Shown: one piece after another, positions 18,082 to 27,028 of the stretch
Layout of the letters: the number at the start of each line of letters is the position of its first letter
Numbering within the stretch: the stretch's first letter is position 1
From: an uncultured Acidobacteriota bacterium
Lineage (GTDB): Bacteria; Acidobacteriota; Thermoanaerobaculia; Multivoradales; SZUA-115
Assembly: GCA_963805975.1 (NCBI GenBank)
Contig: CAWDVR010000003.1
Location: forward strand, 672,001-736,000
Direction: 5' to 3'
Length of the DNA stretch: 64,000 bases
Program-made: the position numbers and the translations under genes
Notes under the pieces: model-generated
Seen by the model: the letters and a program-made list of their open reading frames with translations, nothing else
What the model was told of the DNA's origin: nothing
Databases searched by the model: none

Positions 18082-19566
18082 TCTGTCCCCCCTCTCCGCC
18101 TCTCTCTCTGCAACTCGGCTCCGATCCACCCCGACGGCGACTACGTCCTCTACTGGATGATCGCCGCGCGGCGGCTGCGGTGGAGCTTCGCGCTCGACCG
18201 GGCGGTGGAGCACGCCAAGGAGCTGGGCAAGCCGCTGGTGATCTTCGAAGCCCTGCGCTGCGGCTACCCGTGGGCGAGCGACCGGCTGCACCGGTTCGTG
18301 CTCGAGGGCATGGCCGGGCACCAGGCGGCGCTGGCCGGCGGCCCGGTGGGCTACCACCCTTACGTCGAGCCCGAGGAGGGTGCCGGCAAGGGTCTGCTCG
18401 CGGCGCTGGCGGAGCGCTCCTGTGTGGTGGTGACGGACGAGTTCCCCTGCTTCTTCCTGCCGCGGATGGTCGAAGCGGCAGCGGCCCGGCTGCCGGTCCT
18501 CGTGGAGCAGGTGGATGGCAACGGCCTGCTGCCGCTCCGCGCCGCGGAGCAGGTCTACTCCCGCGCTTTCGACTTCCGCCGCTTCCTGCAACGCGAGCTG
18601 CCGCGCCACCTGGGGGACTTCCCGCGTGCCGAGCCGCTGGCGCGCCTTCGCCTGCCGGCGGCGCCGGAGCTGCCGGCTGCCCTCCGGCAGCGGTGGCCCC
18701 GGGCCTCGGCCGCGCTCCTCGCCGGGAAACCCGCGGCGCTCGCCGCGCTGCCCATCGATCACGCGGTCGGCCCGGCGGCCCTCACGGGCGGCGAAGAGGC
18801 AGCGAGTGCAGCCTTGGCGCGGTTCGTAGCGCGGCGGCTCGCCGGCTATGCCGACCGCAACCAGCCGGACGCCGAGGTGACGAGCGGCCTCTCGCCCTAT
18901 CTGCACTTCGGCCACGTCTCGGCGCACGAGGCGTTCGCGGCGGTCACCCGCAAGGAGCAGTGGACCCCCGAGCGCCTGGGCACCGGCAGCAGCGGTGCGC
19001 GCGAAGGCTGGTGGGGGATGAGCGCGGCGGCCGAGTCGTTCCTCGATCAGCTCGTGACCTGGCGCGAGCTGGGATACAACCTCAGCTCGAAGACCGGCGA
19101 CTACGATCGCTACGAGTCCCTACCCGCCTGGGCGCGGCAGACGCTCGCCATGCACGCGGGAAACCGGCGCCCGGCCGTCTATTCTCCGGCCGAGTTCGAG
19201 GCCGCCGCCACGCACGACGAGGTGTGGAACGCGGCTCAGCGGCAGATCGCCCGCGAGGGCGTGATGCACGGCTACCTGCGCATGGTGTGGGGGAAGATGA
19301 TCCTCGAGTGGAGCGCCACGCCGCAGGAGGCGCTCTCGACGATGGTCCATCTCAACAACAAATACGGCCTCGACGGCCGCAATCCCAACTCCTACAGCGG
19401 GATCTTCTGGTGCCTGGGCCGCTACGACCGGCCGTGGGGCCCGGAGCGGCCGGTGTTCGGCACCGTGCGCTGCATGACCACCGCCTCGACGCGCCGCAAG
19501 CTCAGGCTGGATGGTTACCTGCGGCGCTACGGCGAGCAGCCCGAGCTGTTCCCGCTGTCAGGATGA
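18082..19566 (+). CDS. Class II CPD deoxyribodipyrimidine photolyase (start codon damaged or missing)
   Basis: 'DYVLYWM', 'SGLSPYLHFG', 'MHGYLRMVWGK', 'DGRNPNSYSGIFW', 'DRPWGPERPVFG'; conserved-looking N-terminus SVPPLRLSLCNSAPIHPDGDYVLYWM extends upstream of ATG 18157. Confidence 0.9.
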   Translation, partial: SVPPLRLSLCNSAPIHPDGDYVLYWMIAARRLRWSFALDRAVEHAKELGKPLVIFEALRCGYPWASDRLHRFVLEGMAGHQAALAGGPVGYHPYVEPEEGAGKGLLAALAERSCVVVTDEFPCFFLPRMVEAAAARLPVLVEQVDGNGLLPLRAAEQVYSRAFDFRRFLQRELPRHLGDFPRAEPLARLRLPAAPELPAALRQRWPRASAALLAGKPAALAALPIDHAVGPAALTGGEEAASAALARFVARRLAGYADRNQPDAEVTSGLSPYLHFGHVSAHEAFAAVTRKEQWTPERLGTGSSGAREGWWGMSAAAESFLDQLVTWRELGYNLSSKTGDYDRYESLPAWARQTLAMHAGNRRPAVYSPAEFEAAATHDEVWNAAQRQIAREGVMHGYLRMVWGKMILEWSATPQEALSTMVHLNNKYGLDGRNPNSYSGIFWCLGRYDRPWGPERPVFGTVRCMTTASTRRKLRLDGYLRRYGEQPELFPLSG

Positions 19567-19581
19567 CAACGGGCGCGCCCG

Positions 19582-19614
19582 AAAAAAACAGAACGGCGGG
19601 CACGAGGCCCGCCG
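19582..19614 (-). terminator. Intrinsic terminator of the 19644-19967 gene
   Basis: Minus strand CGGCGGGC-CTCGT-GCCCGCCG followed by TTCTGTTTTTTT. Confidence 0.75.
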
Positions 19615-19643
19615 CGGGTGAGACGTCGGCAGCCGGTGGGCCG

Positions 19644-19967
19644 CTATTCCTTCTTGGCGATCGAGGCGACCTTGATGCTCCCGCCTTCCACCGTGCCGGT
19701 GACCGTCACCTCGTGCTCGAGGTTGGCGAGGGCCATCTCCTGGTTGTCGATCGCGTAGACCTTCTGGTCCGCGCCATTGACGAATACCAGCTTGCCGCCG
19801 CCCTTGATGCACTTCTGGGCGCAATCCGCATGGCCGGCCTTGGCGCCCTTGGCGCCGCAGTGCTCGTCCGAGATCCAGCCGGTCCAACTGTCGGCGAGCG
19901 CCGCGGTGGCCGGGAGCAGCACCAGGGCAAAGGCCAGGGCGATTGTCCAGCGAAGAGACTTCTTCAT
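19644..19967 (-). CDS. Small secreted OB-fold-like protein with Cys/His motif (DUF5818-like)
   Basis: Signal peptide; 'GWISDEHCG...HADCAQKC'; AGGAGG RBS. Confidence 0.75.
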   Translation of the reverse strand: MKKSLRWTIALAFALVLLPATAALADSWTGWISDEHCGAKGAKAGHADCAQKCIKGGGKLVFVNGADQKVYAIDNQEMALANLEHEVTVTGTVEGGSIKVASIAKKE

Positions 19968-20162
19968 TGCCTACCTCCTTGCGGTCGTTTGGGGTGGAGC
20001 TTGTGTGCCTGATTGGCTTACCAGTACAGCCGCTTGCAAGCGGCGCGCCTTCATCTTAGCGCAAGGCCGCCGGCGGTTGCGGAGCCTCCACCGCACCTGG
20101 CGCCGGCTCCAGCCGGGGCATACCATGGAACGCCAAACCGGGTCGCCTGCGAGGAGATCTCC

Positions 20163-20918
20163 ATGCCCAACCGTTTCTGTGAGCATTGCGGCGCGCCGAT
20201 GGCCGCTGCCGCCACGGCCTGCCCGCAGTGCGGCATGGCGGCCGGCGTCAAGCCCGCCGGTGGCGAACCCACGGGGCAGCGGCGACGCACCTGGCGGGAT
20301 CCGGTGGTGCTGGTGCTCGCCGGCTGCGGCTGCCTGGCGCTGGTCCCGATCGCCGGCATCGTCGCCGCGATCCTCATCCCCAACTTCCTCGATGCGCTGC
20401 ACAAAGGCCGTCAGAGCCGGACGGTGGCCGACCTGCGGACCATGGCCGCCACGCTGATCGCGACCTCGGCCGGCGGCGAGACGGGCTTTCCGGAGGCCGC
20501 CTCGTTCGGCGACCTCAAGGCGCAGCTCGGCGAAACCACCGCCGAGTGGCCGGACACGGACGCCTGGGGGCACCCCTACCACTACCAGTGCTGGGCGGAA
20601 CGAGCCGCCACCGGCTGCGACACCTTCCGCCTGGCGAGCCCCGGGCGCGACGGCACCTTCGGCACGGAGGATCTGCGCGAGCTCACGCAGTCGAGCTTCC
20701 TCGCCACCGACTACCACGAGGACATCGTCATCGCCGACTTCGGCTGGGTGGCGGTGCCCTCGAACGTGGAGGACGCGCCGGAGAGCGAAGCGCTGGCACC
20801 GTACGAAGAGGAGGCCTCCGGCGACCCGGAAGCCTCCTCGGACGGTGCCCACTCAGACGACTCGGGTGCGCCAGGTGCCGCGCCGGAAGGCGAGGATGCC
20901 GGAGACGGTCAGCACTGA
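20163..20918 (+). CDS. Zinc-ribbon + GspG-like pseudopilin domain protein
   Basis: CEHC...CPQC; TM 'IAGIVAAILIPNFLDALHKGRQSRTVADLR'; 'DAWGHPYHY...LASPGRDG' T2SS-G motif; GAGGAG RBS. Confidence 0.75.
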   Translation: MPNRFCEHCGAPMAAAATACPQCGMAAGVKPAGGEPTGQRRRTWRDPVVLVLAGCGCLALVPIAGIVAAILIPNFLDALHKGRQSRTVADLRTMAATLIATSAGGETGFPEAASFGDLKAQLGETTAEWPDTDAWGHPYHYQCWAERAATGCDTFRLASPGRDGTFGTEDLRELTQSSFLATDYHEDIVIADFGWVAVPSNVEDAPESEALAPYEEEASGDPEASSDGAHSDDSGAPGAAPEGEDAGDGQH

Positions 20919-22286
20919 CTCGGCGATGGGGATCGCCCAGAAGGCGCCCTCGACGCCGAAGCCGAGCGCACGGGAGAGCGCCCAGGCCAACGGGATCTGC
21001 ACGATCCAGTACGAGAACAGGTTGATCGCCGTCGGCGTCGCGGTATCACCGGCGCCGTTGAAGGCCTGCACCATCACCATGCCCCAGGCGTAGAAGCCAT
21101 AGCCGTAGCTCATGATGCGCAGGCAGTCGGCGCCGTAGCGCAGCACCGCCGGCTCGCTGGTGAAGAAGCCCACCAAGGTCTCCGGCAGGGTCAGGAAGAC
21201 TGCCGACACGCCGAGCAGGAAGAGCATGTTGTAGAGGCCCGTGCGCCACACCGAGGCGGCGGCGCGGTCGGGCTGGCCGGCGCCCAGGTTCTGGCCCATC
21301 AGCGTGGCGGCGGCGTTGCTCATCCCCCACGCCGGCAGGATGGAGAACACGATGATGCGGATGGCGATGGTGTAGCCCGCCACCGCGGTGCTGCCGAAGA
21401 GGGCCACGATGCGCATCAACGCCAGCCAGCTCCCGGTGGCGACCAGGTACTGGAAGATGCCGCCCAGCGACAGCCGCGCCAGGCGCAGGATGACGGCCGG
21501 CGCCAGCTCGAGGTGCCGGCGTGCGACCTGCACCCGCCCTCCGCCCCGGGTGAGCATCCAGAGCTGGTAGAGAACGCCGGTGCCGCGGCCGATGACGCTG
21601 CCGATCGCGGCGCCGGTCAGCCCGAGCTCTGGAAAGGGGCCGAGGCCGAAGATCAGGCAGGGGTCGAGCACGATGTTGATGGCGTTGCCGAGCCACAGCG
21701 CGCGCATGGCCACGGCGGCGTCGCCGGCGCCGCGGAACACGGCGTTGATCAGGAACAGCAGCAGCACCGTGGCGGAGCCGCCCAGCATGATGGCCGGGTA
21801 GCTGGCGCCCATCTGCGCCACCGCGGGCGCCACGCCCATCGCGCGCAGGAGATCGTCCGCGAACAGGAAGCCCGGGATGCCGATGGCGGCCGAGACCAGC
21901 AGGCCGAGGACGATCGTCTGCACGGCGACCACCGCGGCCTCCTCCGGCCTCTTCTCGCCGATGCGGCGCGACACCATGGCGGTGGTGGCCATCGACAGGC
22001 CGAGGGCCACGGCGTAGACCAGGGTGAGGATCGACTCGGTGATGCCCACCACCGCCACCGCGTCGGCGCCGAGCCGGGAGACGAAGAAGATGTCGACGAC
22101 GGCGAACACCGACTCCATGGCCATCTCGAGCACCATGGGCACGGAGAGCAGGAACACGGCGCGGCCGATCGGGCCACGGGTGAAGTCCTCGTCGGAGGAG
22201 CCGGTGACGGCGGCGCGCAGCGTGGCCCAGCCGCGCGCCAGGCGCGAGGTAGAAGGAGAGACGGGTACAGGAGATAGGGATGACAC
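20853..22286 (-). CDS. MATE family efflux transporter
   Basis: 'GPIGRAVFLLSVPMVLEM', 'VFRGAGDA', 'NIVLDPCLIFG', 'GQNLGA'; about 12 TM; GTG 22286 follows GAGGTG. Confidence 0.93.
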   Translation of the reverse strand: MSSLSPVPVSPSTSRLARGWATLRAAVTGSSDEDFTRGPIGRAVFLLSVPMVLEMAMESVFAVVDIFFVSRLGADAVAVVGITESILTLVYAVALGLSMATTAMVSRRIGEKRPEEAAVVAVQTIVLGLLVSAAIGIPGFLFADDLLRAMGVAPAVAQMGASYPAIMLGGSATVLLLFLINAVFRGAGDAAVAMRALWLGNAINIVLDPCLIFGLGPFPELGLTGAAIGSVIGRGTGVLYQLWMLTRGGGRVQVARRHLELAPAVILRLARLSLGGIFQYLVATGSWLALMRIVALFGSTAVAGYTIAIRIIVFSILPAWGMSNAAATLMGQNLGAGQPDRAAASVWRTGLYNMLFLLGVSAVFLTLPETLVGFFTSEPAVLRYGADCLRIMSYGYGFYAWGMVMVQAFNGAGDTATPTAINLFSYWIVQIPLAWALSRALGFGVEGAFWAIPIAESVLTVSGILAFRRGTWRTRVV

Positions 22287-22466
22287 TGCTTTCCACCTCG
22301 GTGAGCCGGGGCTCACGAGACCGATCGGTTCTCTGCCAGGGGTTCCGCGGCAAGAGCGCCGCGGAGGCTGCCGGAGGGTGGGCTTTCTATCTCATTGGCG
22401 TGGGAGGAAGAGGCAGCGAACGTAGCACAGCGGCGGCGGGAGCGGCAAGATCGGCGCGGGACTTCG

Positions 22467-23123
22467 TCAGGCGATCGGGTCCAGAAGCTCGCCGTCTTCG
22501 TCCAGCCGCGGGTAGGGGCGGCCCCGGCGGCGACAGTAGTCGGCGAGCTCCGGGTAGGCCCACTCGAAGAGTGTCTTATCGTAGGTCGCGGGGTCGAGGC
22601 GCGGGCCGTCGTAGAGGCCGGCGGCGGCCCGCTGGCGCTGGGCCTCGAAGAGGATCAGCGCCGTCGCCACGGAGACGTTGAGCGAGGAGACGAGGCCCGC
22701 CATGGGGATGCGGACGAAGCCGTCGGCTGCCGCGAGCGCCTCCTCGCTCACCCCGTACTTCTCCTGCCCCATCAGGATCGCCGTCGGCCGCGTGTAGTCC
22801 TCGGCGCGGAAGTCATTGGCCTCCGGCGCCAGATGCGCGGCCAGCACCCGCAGCCCCTGCTGCCTCAAGGCCGCGAAGGCGGGACCGATCTCGAGGTGGG
22901 TCTCGACCGCCACCCAGCGGTCGCTCCCGGCGGCGACGAACGAGTGGCTGCGCAGCGGCCCGTCCGGGGTCACGGCGTGGGCGGTGGCGATCCCCACCGC
23001 GTCGCAGGTGCGCAGGATGGCGTGAAAGTTCTGCGGCTTGTGGACGTTCTCGAGCAGCACCGTCAGGTCCGGCTGGCGGCGGTCGAGAGCGGCCCGGAGC
23101 CGCCTGAATCGGTCGGGGGTCAT
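22467..23123 (-). CDS. trmH: tRNA (guanosine-18-2'-O)-methyltransferase
   Basis: 'RRQPDLTVLLENVHKPQN..AILRTCDAVG', 'GQEKYG', 'IPMAGLVSSLNVSVA', 'LFEWAYP'. Confidence 0.93.
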   Translation of the reverse strand: MTPDRFRRLRAALDRRQPDLTVLLENVHKPQNFHAILRTCDAVGIATAHAVTPDGPLRSHSFVAAGSDRWVAVETHLEIGPAFAALRQQGLRVLAAHLAPEANDFRAEDYTRPTAILMGQEKYGVSEEALAAADGFVRIPMAGLVSSLNVSVATALILFEAQRQRAAAGLYDGPRLDPATYDKTLFEWAYPELADYCRRRGRPYPRLDEDGELLDPIA

Positions 23124-23229
23124 GAAAAACCAGGGATAGTCTACTGATTTCGCGGCACGCCCTCTCGACAGCGGAGTGGTGTAAATCGATAAACTGTTCC
23201 CGGTTTTCTGGTTTCCACAGGGAGAGCTC

Positions 23230-24171
23230 ATGAGAGAGATCGGATACGCGAAGCCCTTGTTCGTCCAACCCTTCGATCATCGGGGGAGCTTCACCAAGGG
23301 CTTCTTCGGCATCAGCGGCGAGCCGGCCATCGAGCCCGGCAGGGAAGAGTTCCTGCAGGTGTCGCGCGCCAAGACCCTGGTCTACCGCGGCCTGCTGCGG
23401 GCCATCGAGCTGGGGGTCTCCCGTGACCACCTGGGCATCCTGATCGACACCCAGTTCGGTGGCCCGATCATCGCCGACGCCAAGGCCAAGGGCATCCCGG
23501 TGGCGATCTGCGTCGAGAAGACGGGCAAGGAAGTCTTCGATTTCGAGTACGGCGGACGCTGGCTGGATCACATTCGCTTCATCCAGCCGGACATGGTGAA
23601 GGTGCTGGTGCGCTACCACCCGCAGGGCGATCCGGGCGCCAACGCCGAGCAGGCGACGCGCCTGAAGCTGCTCTCCGACTACATCCACTCGACGGACGAC
23701 CTGGTGTTCATGTTCGAGCTGCTGGTGGGCGCCACGACGCCGGAGGAGAAGGCGGCCGGCACCGCCTTCGACACCGAGCTCCGGCCGCGGGTGATGGTGG
23801 AGGCGGTGCGCGCCCTCCAGGAGTTCGGCGTCGAGCCCGACATCTGGAAGATCGAGGGCCTGGACCGGCGCGCCGACGCCGAAGCGGTCTCCGAGCAGGC
23901 GCGCTCCGGCCGCTCGGCCGAGGGCCAGAGCCGCGAGAAGGTGGGCTGCATCCTCCTCGGCCGCGGCTCGAACCAGGAGCAGGTCTACAAGTGGCTGACC
24001 GTGGCGGCGCCGGTGCCGGGCTACATCGGCTTCGCCGTGGGCCGCACCAACTTCTCGGCGCCGCTCAAGAGCTTCATCGCCGACCCATCGCAGGAAGCCG
24101 CAGCCGTCGAGGCCATCGCCAGCAACTTCAAGGGCTGTGTCGACACCTGGGAGGCGGCGCGCCGGGGATGA
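23230..24171 (+). CDS. DUF2090-type class I aldolase (2-deoxy-5-keto-gluconate-6-P aldolase-like)
   Basis: 'PFDHRGSF', 'VKVLVRYHP', 'EPDIWKIEG', 'LLGRG', 'GFAVGRT'. Confidence 0.85.
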   Translation: MREIGYAKPLFVQPFDHRGSFTKGFFGISGEPAIEPGREEFLQVSRAKTLVYRGLLRAIELGVSRDHLGILIDTQFGGPIIADAKAKGIPVAICVEKTGKEVFDFEYGGRWLDHIRFIQPDMVKVLVRYHPQGDPGANAEQATRLKLLSDYIHSTDDLVFMFELLVGATTPEEKAAGTAFDTELRPRVMVEAVRALQEFGVEPDIWKIEGLDRRADAEAVSEQARSGRSAEGQSREKVGCILLGRGSNQEQVYKWLTVAAPVPGYIGFAVGRTNFSAPLKSFIADPSQEAAAVEAIASNFKGCVDTWEAARRG

Positions 24172-24186
24172 GGCCGGTGGTTTTTC

Positions 24187-25470
24187 CTAGCTGCCGCACG
24201 CCGGCGGGTCCGGCGCGCCGTCGCAGACCGGAAGGTACCCTTCCACCGCCTCTTCGGGCACCGTGACGTAGCCCAGCTGATAGGCATCGAACCCCACGCT
24301 GAAGCGCTGCTCGGCGCTCATCACCACCGAGACGAAGGCCTGCGACAGCGGCTCGAACGGGACCAGGCTGCCCGTCACCTCGGTGTTGAGGCTGAAGTAC
24401 CAGGCACCGAAGCTGAACGGCGTGATGAGATCCGCGCCGTTGACCTCCACCCGGTTGGTCTGAAACGGGAAAGGCCGAGGCCCGGGCGGGCAGGTGAAGG
24501 GGCAGAAGGCCGGGTCGTCCGGGTTTTCCTCCTCGTCGAAGGACAGGAGCTGACTCTGACCCAGGGGGAACGGCTGCGGGAAGGCGAGCGCGCAGTCGAA
24601 CGGCTCGACCTCCCGCTTGCTGTCGCGCCAGACGATCAGGTCCGTGCCGCCGTCGAAGAGGCCGCCCGCGATGTAGCGGACGAAGAACACGTTCGCCAGG
24701 CCCTCGCGGCGGTCGGCGCCGCCGCTCCAGGCGCGGTAGAAAGTGTAGTGATCGGCACCGAGCGAAGGGTCCGCCTCGATGTGCACCATGGTCTCGCCCT
24801 GCGCGAAGTTCTGGTCGGCGTCGACATAGAAGTAGTCGCCGACCAGGGTATTGCGGAAGCCGATCCCCGAGCTGTAATAGCTCGCCTCGGTCGGGGGACC
24901 CAGGTTGCAGCTTTCCACCTGATCCACAGTGATATAGCCCCGCGCGACGTTGTCGCCGAAGTCGACGCCCGCGCACCGGCTCTGGAGGAGCCCGGAAGCC
25001 TCGCCGGTGTGCGCGGCGCGCAGGTGGGCGAGGAGCGGCTGGCCGAGGGGCGGCTCCGGCAACTGTCCCTGGCAGCCTGCGAAGCTCGAGTCCAGGGAGA
25101 AGTCGCCCTGCGGGCTGGTGGAGTCGCCGGGGTCCTCTCCGGCAGGCGCCGTGGCAGGGATGGTGCCGGCGACGAAGAGGTCGCGCAGGTTGAAAGTCTG
25201 GATGTCCCAACCGGTGAGATAGATGTCGAACCCCAGCGTCGGCACGCCGAGGTCGGTCCACAGGGTGAGGTGCGCGAGCGTGGCCTCCTGCCCGGCGTTG
25301 GTGACCGAGAACAGAGTCGTGCGGCCGAGCGGGTGGTCGAGGTCCACCTCGAAGTAGGGCAGCAGCAAGGTGGCCGCCGGCACCACCTCGAGGCCGTCGA
25401 TCCCGGCGACCAGGGGGGCCGGGCCCGCCAGCGCAGCCAATAGCAGGACAGAAACCGTCGCTCTCCTCAT
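24187..25470 (-). CDS. Conserved secreted hypothetical protein (Thermoanaerobaculia-type 'VPAATLLLPYFEVD' family)
   Basis: Signal peptide; 'PAATLLLPYFEVDL', 'RGYITVD', 'AQGETMVHIEA'; several paired Cys; GGAGGTG RBS. Confidence 0.75.
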   Translation of the reverse strand: MRRATVSVLLLAALAGPAPLVAGIDGLEVVPAATLLLPYFEVDLDHPLGRTTLFSVTNAGQEATLAHLTLWTDLGVPTLGFDIYLTGWDIQTFNLRDLFVAGTIPATAPAGEDPGDSTSPQGDFSLDSSFAGCQGQLPEPPLGQPLLAHLRAAHTGEASGLLQSRCAGVDFGDNVARGYITVDQVESCNLGPPTEASYYSSGIGFRNTLVGDYFYVDADQNFAQGETMVHIEADPSLGADHYTFYRAWSGGADRREGLANVFFVRYIAGGLFDGGTDLIVWRDSKREVEPFDCALAFPQPFPLGQSQLLSFDEEENPDDPAFCPFTCPPGPRPFPFQTNRVEVNGADLITPFSFGAWYFSLNTEVTGSLVPFEPLSQAFVSVVMSAEQRFSVGFDAYQLGYVTVPEEAVEGYLPVCDGAPDPPACGS

Positions 25471-25643
25471 CTCCGCACCTCCCGTGAGAGAACTGGCGTT
25501 GCTGGGTGAAGGATGCGTTTATAGCATGAGAGGGCTCTCCTGAACAGGCCGCCGCGAGGGCAGAGGCAACCGCCACCTCGAGAGGGTGCTCGGGCGGCTG
25601 GATCGCCCTGCTAGACTTCCGGCCTCTTGCCCGGCATCGCTCG

Positions 25644-26531
25644 ATGAAGCCTCCGCCGTTCGACTACCTGGCGCCCGACACGCTCGACGGCGCGCTGGCC
25701 GCGCTCGCCGAGCACGGCGCGGACGCGAAGCTCCTGGCCGGGGGCCAGAGCCTGCTGCCGATCCTCAACTTCCGCCTCGCGCGGCCCAGTCTGCTGATCG
25801 ATCTCAACCGCGTCGCGGAGCTCGGCTTCGTCCGCGAAAGCGCGGACGGCGGCCTGCGTTTGGGTGCCATGACCCGGCACCGGCAGTTGGAGCGCGATCC
25901 GCGCGTCGCCGCGCGCGCGCCGCTCCTCGCCGAGGCCATGCCCCACGTCGCCCATCCGCAGATCCGGAACCGCGGCACGCTGGGCGGCAGCCTCGCCCAT
26001 GCCGATCCTTCCGCCGAGCTGCCGGCCCTGGCCCTGGCGCTCCGCATGCGGTTCCGGCTGGTGCGGGCCGGCGGCGAGCGCTGGATCGACGCGCGCGACT
26101 TCTTCACCGGCCTGCTCTCGACGGCCCTCGAGACGGACGAGCTGCTGGCCGAGGTCGAGGTGCCGGCGCTGCCGGCAGGAGCGGGCTGGTCCTTCCTCGA
26201 GGTGGCACGGCGCCACGGCGACTACGCGCAGGTGGGCGTGGCGGCGGTGGTGGAGGTGGATGCCGATGGCGTCTGCCAGGGCGCACGCTGGGTGTATCTC
26301 TCGGTGGGTGACGGCCCGATCGAAGCCGTGGAAGCGCCGCGCCGGCTCCTCGGCGAGCGCCTCACCCTGCCGTTGATCGAAGAGGCCGCGGCGCAGGCCG
26401 CCCGGCACGAGATCGATCCCAGCGGCGACATCCACGCCAGCGCCGCCTTCAAGCGCCATCTGGCGCAGGTGCTCACGCGCCGCGCCCTGCTCGCCGCTCG
26501 AGCGCGAGCTGGCAGCCCGGAGGTGGCATGA
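25644..26531 (+). CDS. Xanthine dehydrogenase family FAD-binding subunit (CoxM-like)
   Basis: 'MKPPPFDY', 'AGGQSL', 'IRNRGTLGGSLAHADP', 'RRHGDYA'. Confidence 0.93.
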   Translation: MKPPPFDYLAPDTLDGALAALAEHGADAKLLAGGQSLLPILNFRLARPSLLIDLNRVAELGFVRESADGGLRLGAMTRHRQLERDPRVAARAPLLAEAMPHVAHPQIRNRGTLGGSLAHADPSAELPALALALRMRFRLVRAGGERWIDARDFFTGLLSTALETDELLAEVEVPALPAGAGWSFLEVARRHGDYAQVGVAAVVEVDADGVCQGARWVYLSVGDGPIEAVEAPRRLLGERLTLPLIEEAAAQAARHEIDPSGDIHASAAFKRHLAQVLTRRALLAARARAGSPEVA

Positions 26532-27028
26532 AGCGGCCTGTTGCCCTGGAGGTCAACGGCAGGCCCTACGAGCGCGAAGCCGAGCCGCGCCTCCTGCTCT
26601 GTGACTTCCTGCGCCACGAGCTGGGCCTGACCGGCACGCACGTGGGCTGCGAGCACGGCGTGTGTGGGGCCTGCACCGTGCTGCTCGACGGCGAGCCGGT
26701 GCGCTCCTGCCTGCTCCTCGCCGTGCAGGCGGACGGCCACCAGGTGACCACCGTCGAGGGGCTGGCCGAGGACCCGGAGCGGCTCCATCCTCTCCAGCAG
26801 GCGTTCCGCGACGCGCACGGCCTGCAGTGCGGATTTTGCACCGGCGGCATCCTGCTCACCATGCTCCCCTTCCTGGCCGAGAACCCGGATCCGAGCGAGC
26901 ATGAGATCCGCTTGGCGCTGTCGGGAAACCTCTGCCGCTGCACCGGCTACCAGCACATCGTGGACGCCGTGAAGCTGGCGGCGGAGCGGGCGCGGGCCGG
27001 GCCGGGGGAGAGGGGGCCAGAAGGATGA
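26528..27028 (+). CDS. (2Fe-2S)-binding subunit (CoxS-like)
   Basis: 'GCEHGVCGAC', 'QCGFC', 'NLCRCTGY'; ATGA overlap with coxM-like gene. Confidence 0.95.
   Translation: MKRPVALEVNGRPYEREAEPRLLLCDFLRHELGLTGTHVGCEHGVCGACTVLLDGEPVRSCLLLAVQADGHQVTTVEGLAEDPERLHPLQQAFRDAHGLQCGFCTGGILLTMLPFLAENPDPSEHEIRLALSGNLCRCTGYQHIVDAVKLAAERARAGPGERGPEG

Noticed and set aside
17523-20012. 829-aa 'ATPase' ORF
   Set aside because: Only the first ~180 aa look like an ATPase; the rest is off-frame photolyase and antisense sequence
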